A DNA stretch of 58,645 nt from Candidatus Altiarchaeales archaeon ex4484_2 (GTDB taxonomy: Archaea; Altiarchaeota; Altiarchaeia; IMC4; QMZM01), in contig NJEG01000001.1 in assembly GCA_002254565.1 (NCBI GenBank), forward strand, positions 1 to 58,645, written 5' to 3'. The translations under genes were made by a program, and so were the position numbers. This document shows, piece by piece, positions 18,275-27,973 of the stretch. The notes under the pieces are model-generated. The model had not been told where the DNA came from and did no database searches. It saw only the letters and a list, made by a program, of their open reading frames with translations. How positions within the stretch are numbered: the stretch's first letter is position 1; every line of letters begins with the position of its first letter.

Positions 18275-20836
18275 CTATGGAGCCATCGGCGGATTCGCCG
18301 GCTTAAGAGCAGGGCATATCTCCTCGCTTAGTGTTTGGGAATCAGGACAATCACAGACCATGTCTGGTTTCGGGCAGTCTCCGATTACATAATGCTGGCA
18401 GCAGCACTCCATGTTGCTCCAGCTCCACTGCAGGGCGTAGGCGTACCTGCAGACGTACTGGCAGTTGCCCGGCCCAACATCGGGTGAAGTGCATGAGTCC
18501 TTGTTAAGGTATTCCCCTGTAAGCCACCCTGAGCCAGTGCAATGGCTTGAACAGTCTATCGGCGTCTCATCACATGCATCAGGTATACCGTCACCGTCTG
18601 CATCAAGGTTGTCATCGAAGCCAGGGCAGGTATCTAATCCATCTATAACGCCGTCGCCGTCAGAGTCCTGTGCAACACACACACAGTTCCCCCAGTTGCA
18701 GCTGTATCCGCCATCACATTCTATTGTCTCACCCTCCCAAAGAAAGTTGTCTCCGACCTTGACCCTGTAACGCCATGCATCACATTCCTCACCGTCATCT
18801 ATTCTACCATCCCCGCAGCCAACGCATTTACAGTTTATACACTCCAGGTCGTCCGGGCAGGGATACTCTTTCGCCCCACTCCAGTTGTTGTACGGACCCG
18901 TGTTGGGGTCACATTCTTCATCTCCTCCTCCGGGAGTCCACGGATGCGAGAGATAACCGTCACCGCATCTGGGTGTTATAACCGGCCCCTGAGTTGTAGA
19001 AGCGGATGTAGAGGTTGTTGTATATGTTGTTTCCGTGATAGTGGTGGATGTCGACGTGGATGTGGTATATGTTGTTGTAGAGGTTGATGTTAGTGTCGTA
19101 GAGCTTGTGGTGGTTGTCACCTCAACCGTCTCGTGCTCTATTATCATGTCCTCATCAACATGAGGTGTTGACGGCACATGGGAGCTTAAGAGGACGTCAA
19201 CCCCCTGGTAGATGTCTCCCGGCAGAGTTAAGCTCAATATCACTTTACCAGAATCCAGAGCCAGAATATCCAAGTAACCCTTCCCGGCTGATGTGCAGGG
19301 CATAAGAGCAAGACCTGAGGAGACCTGTTTTATTATGTTAACATATCCCCTGTTCCGGCTCGTTGAGGGAATCAGGGCAGTATTGTCTCCCACCATTATC
19401 TGGACATCCACATCCTCTCTTAAATCCCCGGTAAGGGCTAGGGTGTCCCTTACCTGGCCAGAGCATACGTATATGACATCAACGTATCCCTGGTTGTTCT
19501 TGTGGGAGGGGATCAACACAGTTTTCTCATTCTTTGTGAGCAGCACGTCAACGCTCTCCTCTAGATCCCCTGAGAGGGCTGTCCGGGATGATATACCCCT
19601 ATTGACCAAATCTATTATATTTAGATAACCCTGCGCCCCTATATGAGAGGGTATCAAACCTGTTTTCCCGTCGGATGACATCAGGAGATCAGCTCCCTCC
19701 TGTAGGTCGCCGCTCAAGGTTACAGTAGATGTTTTTTTCCCGGTTGAGAGGTCTATGAAGTCGACAAACCCCTGAGTCTTTTTATGGGATGGCATGTATG
19801 CAGTCATACCATCTAGCGAAATCCTGACGTCTATGTATTCCTGCAATGTCCCCGATAGATTGACGTTATAGAGCACCTTACCTGATAAGTAATCGATTAC
19901 GTTCAGGTATCCCTGTCCCGGGTCTGTGGTCGGCAAAAGCACCAGATTCATGTCTTCCACCAGTAGAGGGTCCACGTCCAGTTGAAGGACTCCTGGCACA
20001 CCAAGAGTCTTGGATATGACCTTGTTTTGTAAATCCAGTAGGTCCACGGAGCTTCCCTGGCCGTATGTTGAGGGCACAACAGCCGTCTGGCCATCTGATG
20101 TTACTACGAGATCAACCCCCCCCTTCAGGTCGTTTTTTAGGTTGTATTTCTTAACAGCCTTGTTTGTTGAGAGGTCTATCTGATCCAGGAATCCCTGAGT
20201 CAGGGATTCAATCCGGGTGGGGATGAGGGCTGTTTTCTCATCAGGTGTTAAGACGACATCCACATCAAAGTCCAGGTCTCCTGTAAGCGGTACGCTACTC
20301 TTTGATCCGGAGGATAGGTCTATTACCTCCAGGATTCCCTGCCTGTTGAAGTATTCCCTGATAGGTACCAAAACAGTGCTGCTGTCTCCTGTAACAACGG
20401 GGTCTACGCCAGACCTTAAGTCACCAGATAATGTGATTGTTTTATCTATCTTTTCCCCGAGGATATCTATGACATCAAGGTAGCTTCCCCCGAATGTTGT
20501 TCTGGAGGCAATCAAGGCTTTCTTTTTGTCAGGGGTCTGGATGACGTCCACGTCAGACCTCAGGTTTCCGCTTAACATCACCGCATTGGAGGTTATCTTC
20601 CGGGCCAGAGAGGAGATTGTTGTTGTAGACAAGGAGGTGGATGTTGCAGTAGATGCTGTGGTTATTGTTGTCGTGGAGGTTGCGGTTGAAGCAGTTGCCT
20701 GGGTTGTGGAGGATACTGCTGTGGTGGAGCTAGCATTCCCTTTCGGGAGTGATGGGATGCATCCACTAAACAGCAAAAGTGAAGTAATCAGCGAAGCAAG
20801 AAATATAGACACTAATCTGTGATTTATGGAGTCCAT
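18275..20836 (-). CDS. large secreted repeat protein: lipobox-like signal, S/T linkers, about 10 beta-propeller-type repeats, Cys-rich CGDG..EECD repeats and thrombospondin-type-3-like Asp repeats
   Basis: 853 aa. The signal ends LLFSGC. There are about 10 repeats of about 47 aa (LSGDLxxxVDVxxTxDxKTALIPSxxxxQGYLDVIDL). Two S/T tracts are present. The C-terminal region carries RCGDGYL...GDEECD, GCGDGRIDDGEECD, DSDGDGVIDGLDTCPGFDDNLDADGDGIPDACD and many further Cys. Confidence 0.75.
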   Translation of the reverse strand: MDSINHRLVSIFLASLITSLLLFSGCIPSLPKGNASSTTAVSSTTQATASTATSTTTITTASTATSTSLSTTTISSLARKITSNAVMLSGNLRSDVDVIQTPDKKKALIASRTTFGGSYLDVIDILGEKIDKTITLSGDLRSGVDPVVTGDSSTVLVPIREYFNRQGILEVIDLSSGSKSSVPLTGDLDFDVDVVLTPDEKTALIPTRIESLTQGFLDQIDLSTNKAVKKYNLKNDLKGGVDLVVTSDGQTAVVPSTYGQGSSVDLLDLQNKVISKTLGVPGVLQLDVDPLLVEDMNLVLLPTTDPGQGYLNVIDYLSGKVLYNVNLSGTLQEYIDVRISLDGMTAYMPSHKKTQGFVDFIDLSTGKKTSTVTLSGDLQEGADLLMSSDGKTGLIPSHIGAQGYLNIIDLVNRGISSRTALSGDLEESVDVLLTKNEKTVLIPSHKNNQGYVDVIYVCSGQVRDTLALTGDLREDVDVQIMVGDNTALIPSTSRNRGYVNIIKQVSSGLALMPCTSAGKGYLDILALDSGKVILSLTLPGDIYQGVDVLLSSHVPSTPHVDEDMIIEHETVEVTTTTSSTTLTSTSTTTYTTSTSTSTTITETTYTTTSTSASTTQGPVITPRCGDGYLSHPWTPGGGDEECDPNTGPYNNWSGAKEYPCPDDLECINCKCVGCGDGRIDDGEECDAWRYRVKVGDNFLWEGETIECDGGYSCNWGNCVCVAQDSDGDGVIDGLDTCPGFDDNLDADGDGIPDACDETPIDCSSHCTGSGWLTGEYLNKDSCTSPDVGPGNCQYVCRYAYALQWSWSNMECCCQHYVIGDCPKPDMVCDCPDSQTLSEEICPALKPANPPMAP

Positions 20837-20909
20837 TTATAACACTTATAAGAGTTTATAGTTTAAATGACGACAAACTGTTTTTTTCAATGTATTCGGT
20901 TAATTAACC

Positions 20910-22766
20910 ATGGCAGGTTTGTTCCCATTCAATAAGGTTAGGGGCGGGCAGCGAGAGTTCATGGATGATGTAAGCCAGGTTCTCAAGGAAAAAAAGCATC
21001 TCATAGCTCATGCGCCCACAGGCATAGGCAAGACAGTTGCGGTACTGGCTCCAACTCTGGAATGCGCTCTTGAGAAAAACAAAACAATCTTTTTTCTGAC
21101 ACCAAAGCATACTCAGCATGTTATCGTGATCGATACCCTGAAGAGAATCAAGAAAAAGCACGGCACCGATTTCGTGGCAGTCGACATCGTAGGCAAGCAG
21201 TGGACCTGCCCCCATCAGGTGAGAGATTTGAACTCCATGGAGTTCAACCAGTTCTGTCGTAAACTAAAGAAAGATGAGAGATGCACCTACTACAACAGGG
21301 TAAGGAAAGGAAAGCTCTCCAAGAAAGCAGTCAAGGTCGTTGGGGAGATAAAAAAGAACCTTTTTCATAGTGAGGAGATAGCGGATAAATGCTCTAAATA
21401 TGAGATGTGCCCCTACGAGGTCTGCACAGAGGTGGGAAAGGACGCTAATATCGTCGTATGCGACTACTTCCACATCTTCTCTCCGAAAGTGAGAAAGGCA
21501 TTTCTATCTAAGTTAAACAAGAACCTGGAGAATGCGATATTGGTTGTGGATGAAGCCCACAACCTCCCTGAGAGGGTGAGAAGCCTTTTAAGCAACAACC
21601 TGACAGAAAAACAACTATCTAGGGCAATAAAGGAGGCTCATTTCACGGGATACGAGGAGACAGCCGACGACTACAGGGACCTGCAGTCTATTCTGAAGCA
21701 TCTCGGAGCGGGGGTCAAGAAGGGAGGTGAGCGGCTTGTAGGAAGAGATGAGTTTATCTCACTTTTGGAGGAGAAACTGGATGTAACATATGAAGACTTC
21801 ATGGAGGAGGTAAAGGATTTAGGTGAGAGAGTTCTTGAAGTACCTAACAGGCATAAATCATATTCAAGGTCTATAGCAAGATTCCTTGAAAGCTGGGTGG
21901 GGGAGGATGTAGGGTATGCGAGGATTCTCAGCAGGGAGAATTATTATCGTTTAAGCTATCGCTGCCTTGATCCTTCAATCTCCAGCAGCAAGATATTCTC
22001 CAAGTCTTGTTCATCGGTTTTGATGAGTGGAACACTTCTCCCGCAGGAGATGTATGCTGATATCTTGGGCTTCAACCTCAAAAATACTCTTTTGCGAGAG
22101 TATATGTCCCCTTTTCCACAGGAGAACAGAGTGTCTATCATCATACCCAACGTCACTACCAGATACGCGAAGAGATCGGATTACATGTTCAGGAAATACG
22201 CCGCCATCATATCCCAGACAGCATCCCTTGTTCCCGGAAACGTTGCTGTGTTTTTCCCAGCCTACCATTTGATGGATAGGGTTAAGGGATTACTGGATGA
22301 GCAAAGAATAGGGAAGAGGGTTCTTGTGGAGAGGAGGGGAATGAACAAAGAGGAGAGAATGGAGTTACACAACCAGCTCGTTAATCTGATGGGCAGGGGA
22401 GGGGGTTTGTTGATGGGGGTGCAGGCTGGCTCATTCTCTGAGGGGGTGGATTACGCCAACAACCTGCTTGATGCCGTGGTTATAGTAGGCCTCCCCCTTG
22501 AGACACCGAATCTGGAGGTGAAATCATTGATAGCTTACTATGATGTCAGGTTTGATAGGGGGTGGGATTACGGTTACATTTACCCTGCCATGAACCGGGT
22601 TCTTCAGGCAGCTGGTAGGTGTATTAGGACAGAAAAGGACAAGGGCGTTATCGTGTTCATGGATGAACGCTTTAGGTGGAGGAACTATAGTAAATGCTTT
22701 CCCCAGGATTTGGACTTGATAGTTAGTGAGATGCCGGAGAGATACATAAGTAAATTTTTTGGTTGA
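20910..22766 (+). CDS. xpd: XPD/Rad3-family Fe-S DNA helicase
   Basis: 618 aa with HAPTGIGKT (motif I) and VVDEAHNL (DEAH box). A four-Cys insertion lies between them (CPHQ..CRKL..CTYY..CPYEVC), and QAAGRCIR forms motif VI. Confidence 0.9.
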   Translation: MAGLFPFNKVRGGQREFMDDVSQVLKEKKHLIAHAPTGIGKTVAVLAPTLECALEKNKTIFFLTPKHTQHVIVIDTLKRIKKKHGTDFVAVDIVGKQWTCPHQVRDLNSMEFNQFCRKLKKDERCTYYNRVRKGKLSKKAVKVVGEIKKNLFHSEEIADKCSKYEMCPYEVCTEVGKDANIVVCDYFHIFSPKVRKAFLSKLNKNLENAILVVDEAHNLPERVRSLLSNNLTEKQLSRAIKEAHFTGYEETADDYRDLQSILKHLGAGVKKGGERLVGRDEFISLLEEKLDVTYEDFMEEVKDLGERVLEVPNRHKSYSRSIARFLESWVGEDVGYARILSRENYYRLSYRCLDPSISSSKIFSKSCSSVLMSGTLLPQEMYADILGFNLKNTLLREYMSPFPQENRVSIIIPNVTTRYAKRSDYMFRKYAAIISQTASLVPGNVAVFFPAYHLMDRVKGLLDEQRIGKRVLVERRGMNKEERMELHNQLVNLMGRGGGLLMGVQAGSFSEGVDYANNLLDAVVIVGLPLETPNLEVKSLIAYYDVRFDRGWDYGYIYPAMNRVLQAAGRCIRTEKDKGVIVFMDERFRWRNYSKCFPQDLDLIVSEMPERYISKFFG

Positions 22767-22773
22767 TTTATTT

Positions 22774-23046
22774 TTATCTCCTGTTTTCAAACCATAGTCC
22801 TGTACCGCCCCCTGTTTGTAGTTTCCTGGTTGATATCAGCTGTTCCAGGTCTTTTCTTATTTCTTCAAGGTTGCTGTAGTCGTCGGCTGCCAGAGAGGTC
22901 ATTATGTCGTTGCATACTCTCTGTAGTTCCTCATCTTTGTTGTATCTGTTGCTGTATCTCATGCTTATCTCATGCAGCTTTGCGTATTTTTCATTCTTTA
23001 TCATCTCTTTAAGGTCCATGAATACGTAGTGGCTGGCTGTGGTCAT
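22774..23046 (-). CDS. small hypothetical protein (helical, acidic)
   Basis: The track ORF starts at a TTG (23076). An ATG at 23046 has a strong SD (GAGGTGA, 5-nt spacer), giving a 90-aa product starting MTTASHYVF. Confidence 0.5.
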   Translation of the reverse strand: MTTASHYVFMDLKEMIKNEKYAKLHEISMRYSNRYNKDEELQRVCNDIMTSLAADDYSNLEEIRKDLEQLISTRKLQTGGGTGLWFENRR

Positions 23047-23130
23047 TAATTTCACCTCGTTTTTAGGATTACCCAAGGGTAATTATCATGATCAATTACA
23101 ATTTATCGTAATTTATAATGAATAACTATC

Positions 23131-23149
23131 ATAATTTATCATAAATTAT
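23131..23149. promoter_or_regulatory. 19-bp perfect palindrome in an AT-rich intergenic region
   Basis: ataatttat-c-ataaattat (9-bp arms). It lies in the 23077-23223 spacer, downstream of fen and upstream of the 22774-23046 gene. Confidence 0.4.
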
Positions 23150-23223
23150 CATTATTAATTATTACTAATAGATTTTATGTTATATATGTACACTAGATAT
23201 AAAAACTAAACGGTTTCATCCAG

Positions 23224-24192
23224 TTAGAACCAGTCGCTCAAATCTTTCTGAGACAACTCCCTCAGAGCAGATTCCAGATTACCATAACCCCGCATTATCC
23301 GCTCCCGTGAGAACTCCCTATCATCGCAGAGAAAGGAAACCAATCCCTCCCCATCAGGGCTTTTCCATTCAATCCCATAGTCATCAACCACCTCAGGTTC
23401 AAGAAATAAAGACCTTACTTCATCAACATCAACATCCAAATCCACGGAACCAATACCATCACCCTTAACAATCTTCAAAGCCTTCTTGGGCCCGACACCC
23501 TTTAATCCCTCGTTGAAATCCGTCCCAATAAGAATGGCCATATCAACCAGCTGCTCCCGGGTAATCTTTAGTGAATCAAGAACATCCTCAAGTTTAATAA
23601 GAGACATCTCGTACTTCCCACTAAGCGTCAGCCCCCGCACCAGATTCTCCGCCCCAAGCAGTAGAGAGTCATAGTCCTGGCTTCCAACAGCCCATGCATC
23701 ACCCTCCTGGCAAAGCTTGACGCACTGAGCCTCTCCCTCGGAGGGTGCCTGCACATAAGGCACACCCATATAACCCAAAAGAGTCTTGCATTCCGCCACC
23801 ATATCCTCAGTGAACCGGGAGGTTCTCTTAGCGTATTTTCCGGCATCTTCAATACGGTCCTCGCTAAGCGCTTTACTCCATTCCCTCCTGGCCTCGTCCT
23901 TCAACTCACTTCTTCTGCGTATCTCTCTTCTCTTTAGAGACGGTGGTTTACCGTCGAAAACATAAATCGGTTTAATCTCTTTTCCCAGCAGACGTATGGT
24001 TCTATAGAAAAGCCCGGAGAGGTGGGATGTAATCCTGCCCCGGGAATCCATCAAAGGAGTGCCGTCAGGCTGCCTTATTGTTGAAAGAAACTGGTAGACT
24101 GAATTCATCCCGTCTACAGCAATAGTTTTCCTTTTGAGCCGTTCAAAGTCTATTGCCTCATAAGGCAATAAATCCCTGAAGTTGACACCCAT
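23224..24192 (-). CDS. fen: flap endonuclease 1
   Basis: 322 aa. The N-terminus reads MGVNFRDLL...AVDGMNSVYQFL. SEGEAQC is present and the H3TH region is LIGTDFNEGLKGVGPKKAL. Confidence 0.95.
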   Translation of the reverse strand: MGVNFRDLLPYEAIDFERLKRKTIAVDGMNSVYQFLSTIRQPDGTPLMDSRGRITSHLSGLFYRTIRLLGKEIKPIYVFDGKPPSLKRREIRRRSELKDEARREWSKALSEDRIEDAGKYAKRTSRFTEDMVAECKTLLGYMGVPYVQAPSEGEAQCVKLCQEGDAWAVGSQDYDSLLLGAENLVRGLTLSGKYEMSLIKLEDVLDSLKITREQLVDMAILIGTDFNEGLKGVGPKKALKIVKGDGIGSVDLDVDVDEVRSLFLEPEVVDDYGIEWKSPDGEGLVSFLCDDREFSRERIMRGYGNLESALRELSQKDLSDWF

Positions 24193-24196
24193 TTTG

Positions 24197-24760
24197 TCAG
24201 GCGTTTTCCACTTTACCGTAGTCTTTGGCTATCTTCCTTTCCTCTTCGTGAGCGCAGTTGGAACAAACCAGCTTATCCTTGTATTTATCCGTTTTCTCCA
24301 GCCTATGTCTGCATCTCCTACAGAAGGCCAAAACCACCCCATAATCTCCCTTGGTTGATAAACTCACCATTCCGCCGTGAATCCGGATAATCTCCCCCTC
24401 AACAATATCCCCAATACCAAAGAGGTTCTCTGCCTTCTCGACGTATTTATCCGCAATATTGGAGACATAAAGCGAGGTTTTCTCGTCAATCTCTGAATCA
24501 TAGCCCCGTATCTTCTTCGCTATCACAGTTATATTGTTTCTTCTGATGTTAACTATCTCACCAAAGATGATCTGGCCCACCTCCAGCTCAGGGATGTTTT
24601 TCCCCTTAATCTCTGCCGTATGATTTGCCTTATCCAGCTCAGCCGCTCCTATAATAGCAGCATATATCTTACCGTCTTCCGCAAAAGTTCCCTTCCCGGG
24701 AACAAACTCCTCAATGGTGCCAAGATAATCACCAATCAATACTCTCTCGTTTTCCATCAC
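24197..24760 (-). CDS. csl4: exosome complex RNA-binding protein Csl4
   Basis: 187 aa with an N-terminal domain, an S1-like barrel and a C-terminal Zn-ribbon (CRRCRHRL...CSNCAHEE). Confidence 0.85.
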   Translation of the reverse strand: MMENERVLIGDYLGTIEEFVPGKGTFAEDGKIYAAIIGAAELDKANHTAEIKGKNIPELEVGQIIFGEIVNIRRNNITVIAKKIRGYDSEIDEKTSLYVSNIADKYVEKAENLFGIGDIVEGEIIRIHGGMVSLSTKGDYGVVLAFCRRCRHRLEKTDKYKDKLVCSNCAHEEERKIAKDYGKVENA

Positions 24761-24807
24761 AATTCACCTAATAAAAATAATTGAATACATCTATATATCC
24801 CAGCAGG

Positions 24808-26202
24808 TTATGTGCCCTCCTCCCAGCTCCCCAAGTACTCCCTCTGTCTCCCGGTGAGCTCGTCCACGTCCACGCCCAGGGTCCTAAGCTTTAAACCAGC
24901 TATCTCCTCATCTATTTCCCGGGGAATCGGATACACCCTAGCCTCTAACTCGTTCTCCAGCAGATGTTTCACCGCCATAGCCTGGTTGGCGAAACTCATG
25001 TCCATCACCTCGGAGGGGTGTCCCTCTGCCGCAGCCAGATTAACCAGCCGGCCCTCGGCGAGTAAATATATTGTTTTCCCCTCCCTCAGAGTGTATTTCT
25101 CGACGTTGTCTCTTATGGTCTTTTTTTCTTTAGCCAGCTCCTCCAGCTCAGAGATGTTTATTTCAACATTAAAGTGCCCTGAGTTCGCTACTATGGCGCC
25201 TTTTTTCATCTCCCTGAAGTGTCTGCCCCTTAAAACATTAATATCTCCTGTTACGGTCACGAATATTTCTCCCAGCCTGCAGGCTTCGTCCATTGGCATG
25301 ACCCGATATCCATCCATCACAGCCTCCAGTGCTTTGACCGGGTCCACTTCCGTGACTATGACGTTAGCTCCCATGCCCCAAGCTCTTCTGGCAACTCCTT
25401 TGCCGCAGAACCCGTACCCTGAGACCACAAAGTTTTTCCCTGTTATCAGGACGTTTGTAGCCCTCAATATCCCGTCTATGGTCGATTGCCCGGTCCCGTA
25501 GCGGTTGTCGAAGAAGTGTTTCGTCATGGCGTTGTTCACGTCCATCACAGGATACCTTAGCTTCCCGTCTTTCTCCATGGCCTTCAGTCTGATAACCCCA
25601 GTAGTTGTTTCCTCACAACCCCCCCGGATGTTCCCAAGGAGCTCCCGCCTCTCCTTGTGTATAGTAAAGACCAGATCTGCGCCGTCATCTATTGTTATGT
25701 TGGGTTTGTAGTCCAGGACCCTGTTTATGTTCCTGTAGTATTCCTCTCTTGTCTCGCTCCTCCAAGCATAAACCTTCGTGCCGTTGTCTGCTAACGCCGC
25801 CGCCACGTCATCCTGCGTTGAGAGAGGATTGCATCCCGTGATTGATACATCAGCCCCCCCCTCAGCAAGGGTCTCCACCAGGACCGCGGTCTCCTTGGTC
25901 ACATGTAAGGCGAAACCAACCCTAACACCATCCAGCGGCTTTTCTTTCTTGAACCTCTCCCTTATCTCCATCAGTACAGGCATGTGATCTGCGGCCCAAT
26001 CAATCTTTAATCTGCCCTTTTCCGCCAGTCCTATGTCCTTAACGTCGTAGTCCATTTTTCGTTCATGATTAAGTATATGATTAAACAATAAAATCCCGGG
26101 CGGGGGTCGACCATATTTTTCCGAGGGGAGTTTGGAGTGTATTTTTGAACCGCATCTCTGGCAATATACATCATTTATTAATTTTTTATCTGAATTAAGC
26201 AT
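24808..26202 (-). CDS. ahcY: adenosylhomocysteinase (start uncertain; the conserved protein begins at ATG 26055)
   Basis: Family-wide similarity starts at [21 protein letters not shown] (Met 50 of the ORF). The NAD fold is [27 protein letters not shown]. The 49-aa upstream extension has no counterpart that I recognise. Confidence 0.9.
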   Translation of the reverse strand: MLNSDKKLINDVYCQRCGSKIHSKLPSEKYGRPPPGILLFNHILNHERKMDYDVKDIGLAEKGRLKIDWAADHMPVLMEIRERFKKEKPLDGVRVGFALHVTKETAVLVETLAEGGADVSITGCNPLSTQDDVAAALADNGTKVYAWRSETREEYYRNINRVLDYKPNITIDDGADLVFTIHKERRELLGNIRGGCEETTTGVIRLKAMEKDGKLRYPVMDVNNAMTKHFFDNRYGTGQSTIDGILRATNVLITGKNFVVSGYGFCGKGVARRAWGMGANVIVTEVDPVKALEAVMDGYRVMPMDEACRLGEIFVTVTGDINVLRGRHFREMKKGAIVANSGHFNVEINISELEELAKEKKTIRDNVEKYTLREGKTIYLLAEGRLVNLAAAEGHPSEVMDMSFANQAMAVKHLLENELEARVYPIPREIDEEIAGLKLRTLGVDVDELTGRQREYLGSWEEGT

Positions 26203-26269
26203 AATATTGATTTAAAACATATTTGATAGAAATGATTTTATAGTCGGATTGATAATTATTTAATCAAGG

Positions 26270-27964
26270 ATGTTAACCAAAGATAACAGAAGTGCGACAG
26301 GCAACCCCATGTTGGATCAATTACTGGGCGGAGGATTCCCCAACGGAGCAGTTATCCTGTTAGCCGGAGCCTCAGGCACCGGCAAAACCGTATTGTCTTT
26401 CGAGTGGCTGTTCAACGGCGTCGGGATGTTTGATGAAAACGGCATATACATCACCTTCACGGAGCCTTTATTTAAGACACTGAAGAACCTGGAGGGCCTG
26501 GAGTACTATAGCCAGGAGGCTGTGGAGTCTGAGAGAGTTAAGATACTGGATATGAGGAAAAGCTTTGGGGAGGCGGGTTTAGATGGAGGCAGGATCCTTG
26601 ATTTGATCGAGGAAGAGGTTAAAAAAAACGACGCCCGGAGATTGATCGTTGACTCCATAACCGCTATAGCGTATAATCTGGAGAATAAGGCCAGAATCAG
26701 GAAATTCATCTTTGATCTGGGGACGATGCTTGCATCGTTGGGGTGCACGACGGTATTAACGAGCGAGGTGATTGGGAAGGGCTATTCCGTCTACGGTGTC
26801 GAGGAATTTATTTCTGACGGCATCATCCAGCTCAGGCAGAGAGATATAAACTTTCAGTTAACAAGAACCCTTAAGATCGTTAAGATGAGGGGGGTAGAGT
26901 ATGCGCCGCATGAGAACAGCTTCAGAATAACATCATCGGGCATAAAGATATTCCCTCAACTGAGCATCCCCCTCAAATATGCTTCCGGTACGGAGAAGGT
27001 CTCCATAGGGGTTAAAGGCTTCGATGATATGACCAGGGGAGGGGTCTTCAGGGGATCAAGTAACCTGGTCGCCGGAGCCAGCGGAACAGGGAAATCCATT
27101 ACCGGACTGCATTTTATCGCGGAGGGGCTTAGATTGGGTGAGCCGTGCCTGCTGGCAGGGTTTGAGGAGTCAAGGGATCAGATAATACGGAATGCTGGGG
27201 GGTTTGGCTGGGATTTTGAGGAGTATGAAAATAAGGGTCTTTTGAAGATCATGTGCTCTTATCCCTCAGAGAAATACATTGACGAGCATCTGCTTGACAT
27301 AAGGGATAGGGTGGAGTATATGGAGGTTAAGCGGGTTGTGGTAGACAGCCTCTCATCTATCGGGAACGCATTTGATGATGGGGAATTCAGGCGTTTTGTT
27401 AAATTACTCAACGGTTACCTTAAATCTAGAGAGGTTACCTCAGTCTTCACAACCGCTACTGCTACACTTATGAGTGTGGAGACATTGACTGACGCTCATC
27501 TCTCAACGATGACGGACAACATCCTCCTTCTGAAGTATGTTGAGTTGGGTGGCGAGGTAAATCTCATGACGTCTGTTCTGAAGACGAGGGGAGATGATCA
27601 TAGCAAAAGCCTGAGGAGGTATAGCATAACAGGCAGAGGTATTGTTGTCGGGGAATCCTTCAGAGGCTATGAGGGTGTTTTATCCGGGTCAGCGAGAAAG
27701 ATTTCTGCAACCGTTCTTGAGCAGGTCAGGCAGGAGTTCAGGGATAATATAGGGCCTATGGGGGAGATAGAGTTTAACAGGATGAGAGATGAGGGTAGCA
27801 TAAACCCGGAGGGTATAGCGAAGTATGTGAGCTTTCTGGTGGCTGAGGGCATAATTGATTCAGAGAAGGGTGAGATATTTAAGAGGAAGATGGAGAGTAT
27901 TTTTGGAGGTGGTGTTTTATCACCTACAGGCAAAGTCGCCGACAGTGAGCTGACAAGAAAGTAA
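26270..27964 (+). CDS. two-domain KaiC-like RecA-superfamily ATPase with C-terminal extension
   Basis: 564 aa with two P-loops (LLAGASGTGKTV; LVAGASGTGKSI), two Walker B strands (RLIVDSITAI; RVVVDSLSSI) and EE in the second domain (GFEESRDQ). About 90 extra C-terminal residues are present. Confidence 0.85.
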   Translation: MLTKDNRSATGNPMLDQLLGGGFPNGAVILLAGASGTGKTVLSFEWLFNGVGMFDENGIYITFTEPLFKTLKNLEGLEYYSQEAVESERVKILDMRKSFGEAGLDGGRILDLIEEEVKKNDARRLIVDSITAIAYNLENKARIRKFIFDLGTMLASLGCTTVLTSEVIGKGYSVYGVEEFISDGIIQLRQRDINFQLTRTLKIVKMRGVEYAPHENSFRITSSGIKIFPQLSIPLKYASGTEKVSIGVKGFDDMTRGGVFRGSSNLVAGASGTGKSITGLHFIAEGLRLGEPCLLAGFEESRDQIIRNAGGFGWDFEEYENKGLLKIMCSYPSEKYIDEHLLDIRDRVEYMEVKRVVVDSLSSIGNAFDDGEFRRFVKLLNGYLKSREVTSVFTTATATLMSVETLTDAHLSTMTDNILLLKYVELGGEVNLMTSVLKTRGDDHSKSLRRYSITGRGIVVGESFRGYEGVLSGSARKISATVLEQVRQEFRDNIGPMGEIEFNRMRDEGSINPEGIAKYVSFLVAEGIIDSEKGEIFKRKMESIFGGGVLSPTGKVADSELTRK

Positions 27965-27973
27965 ATAAAAAAA

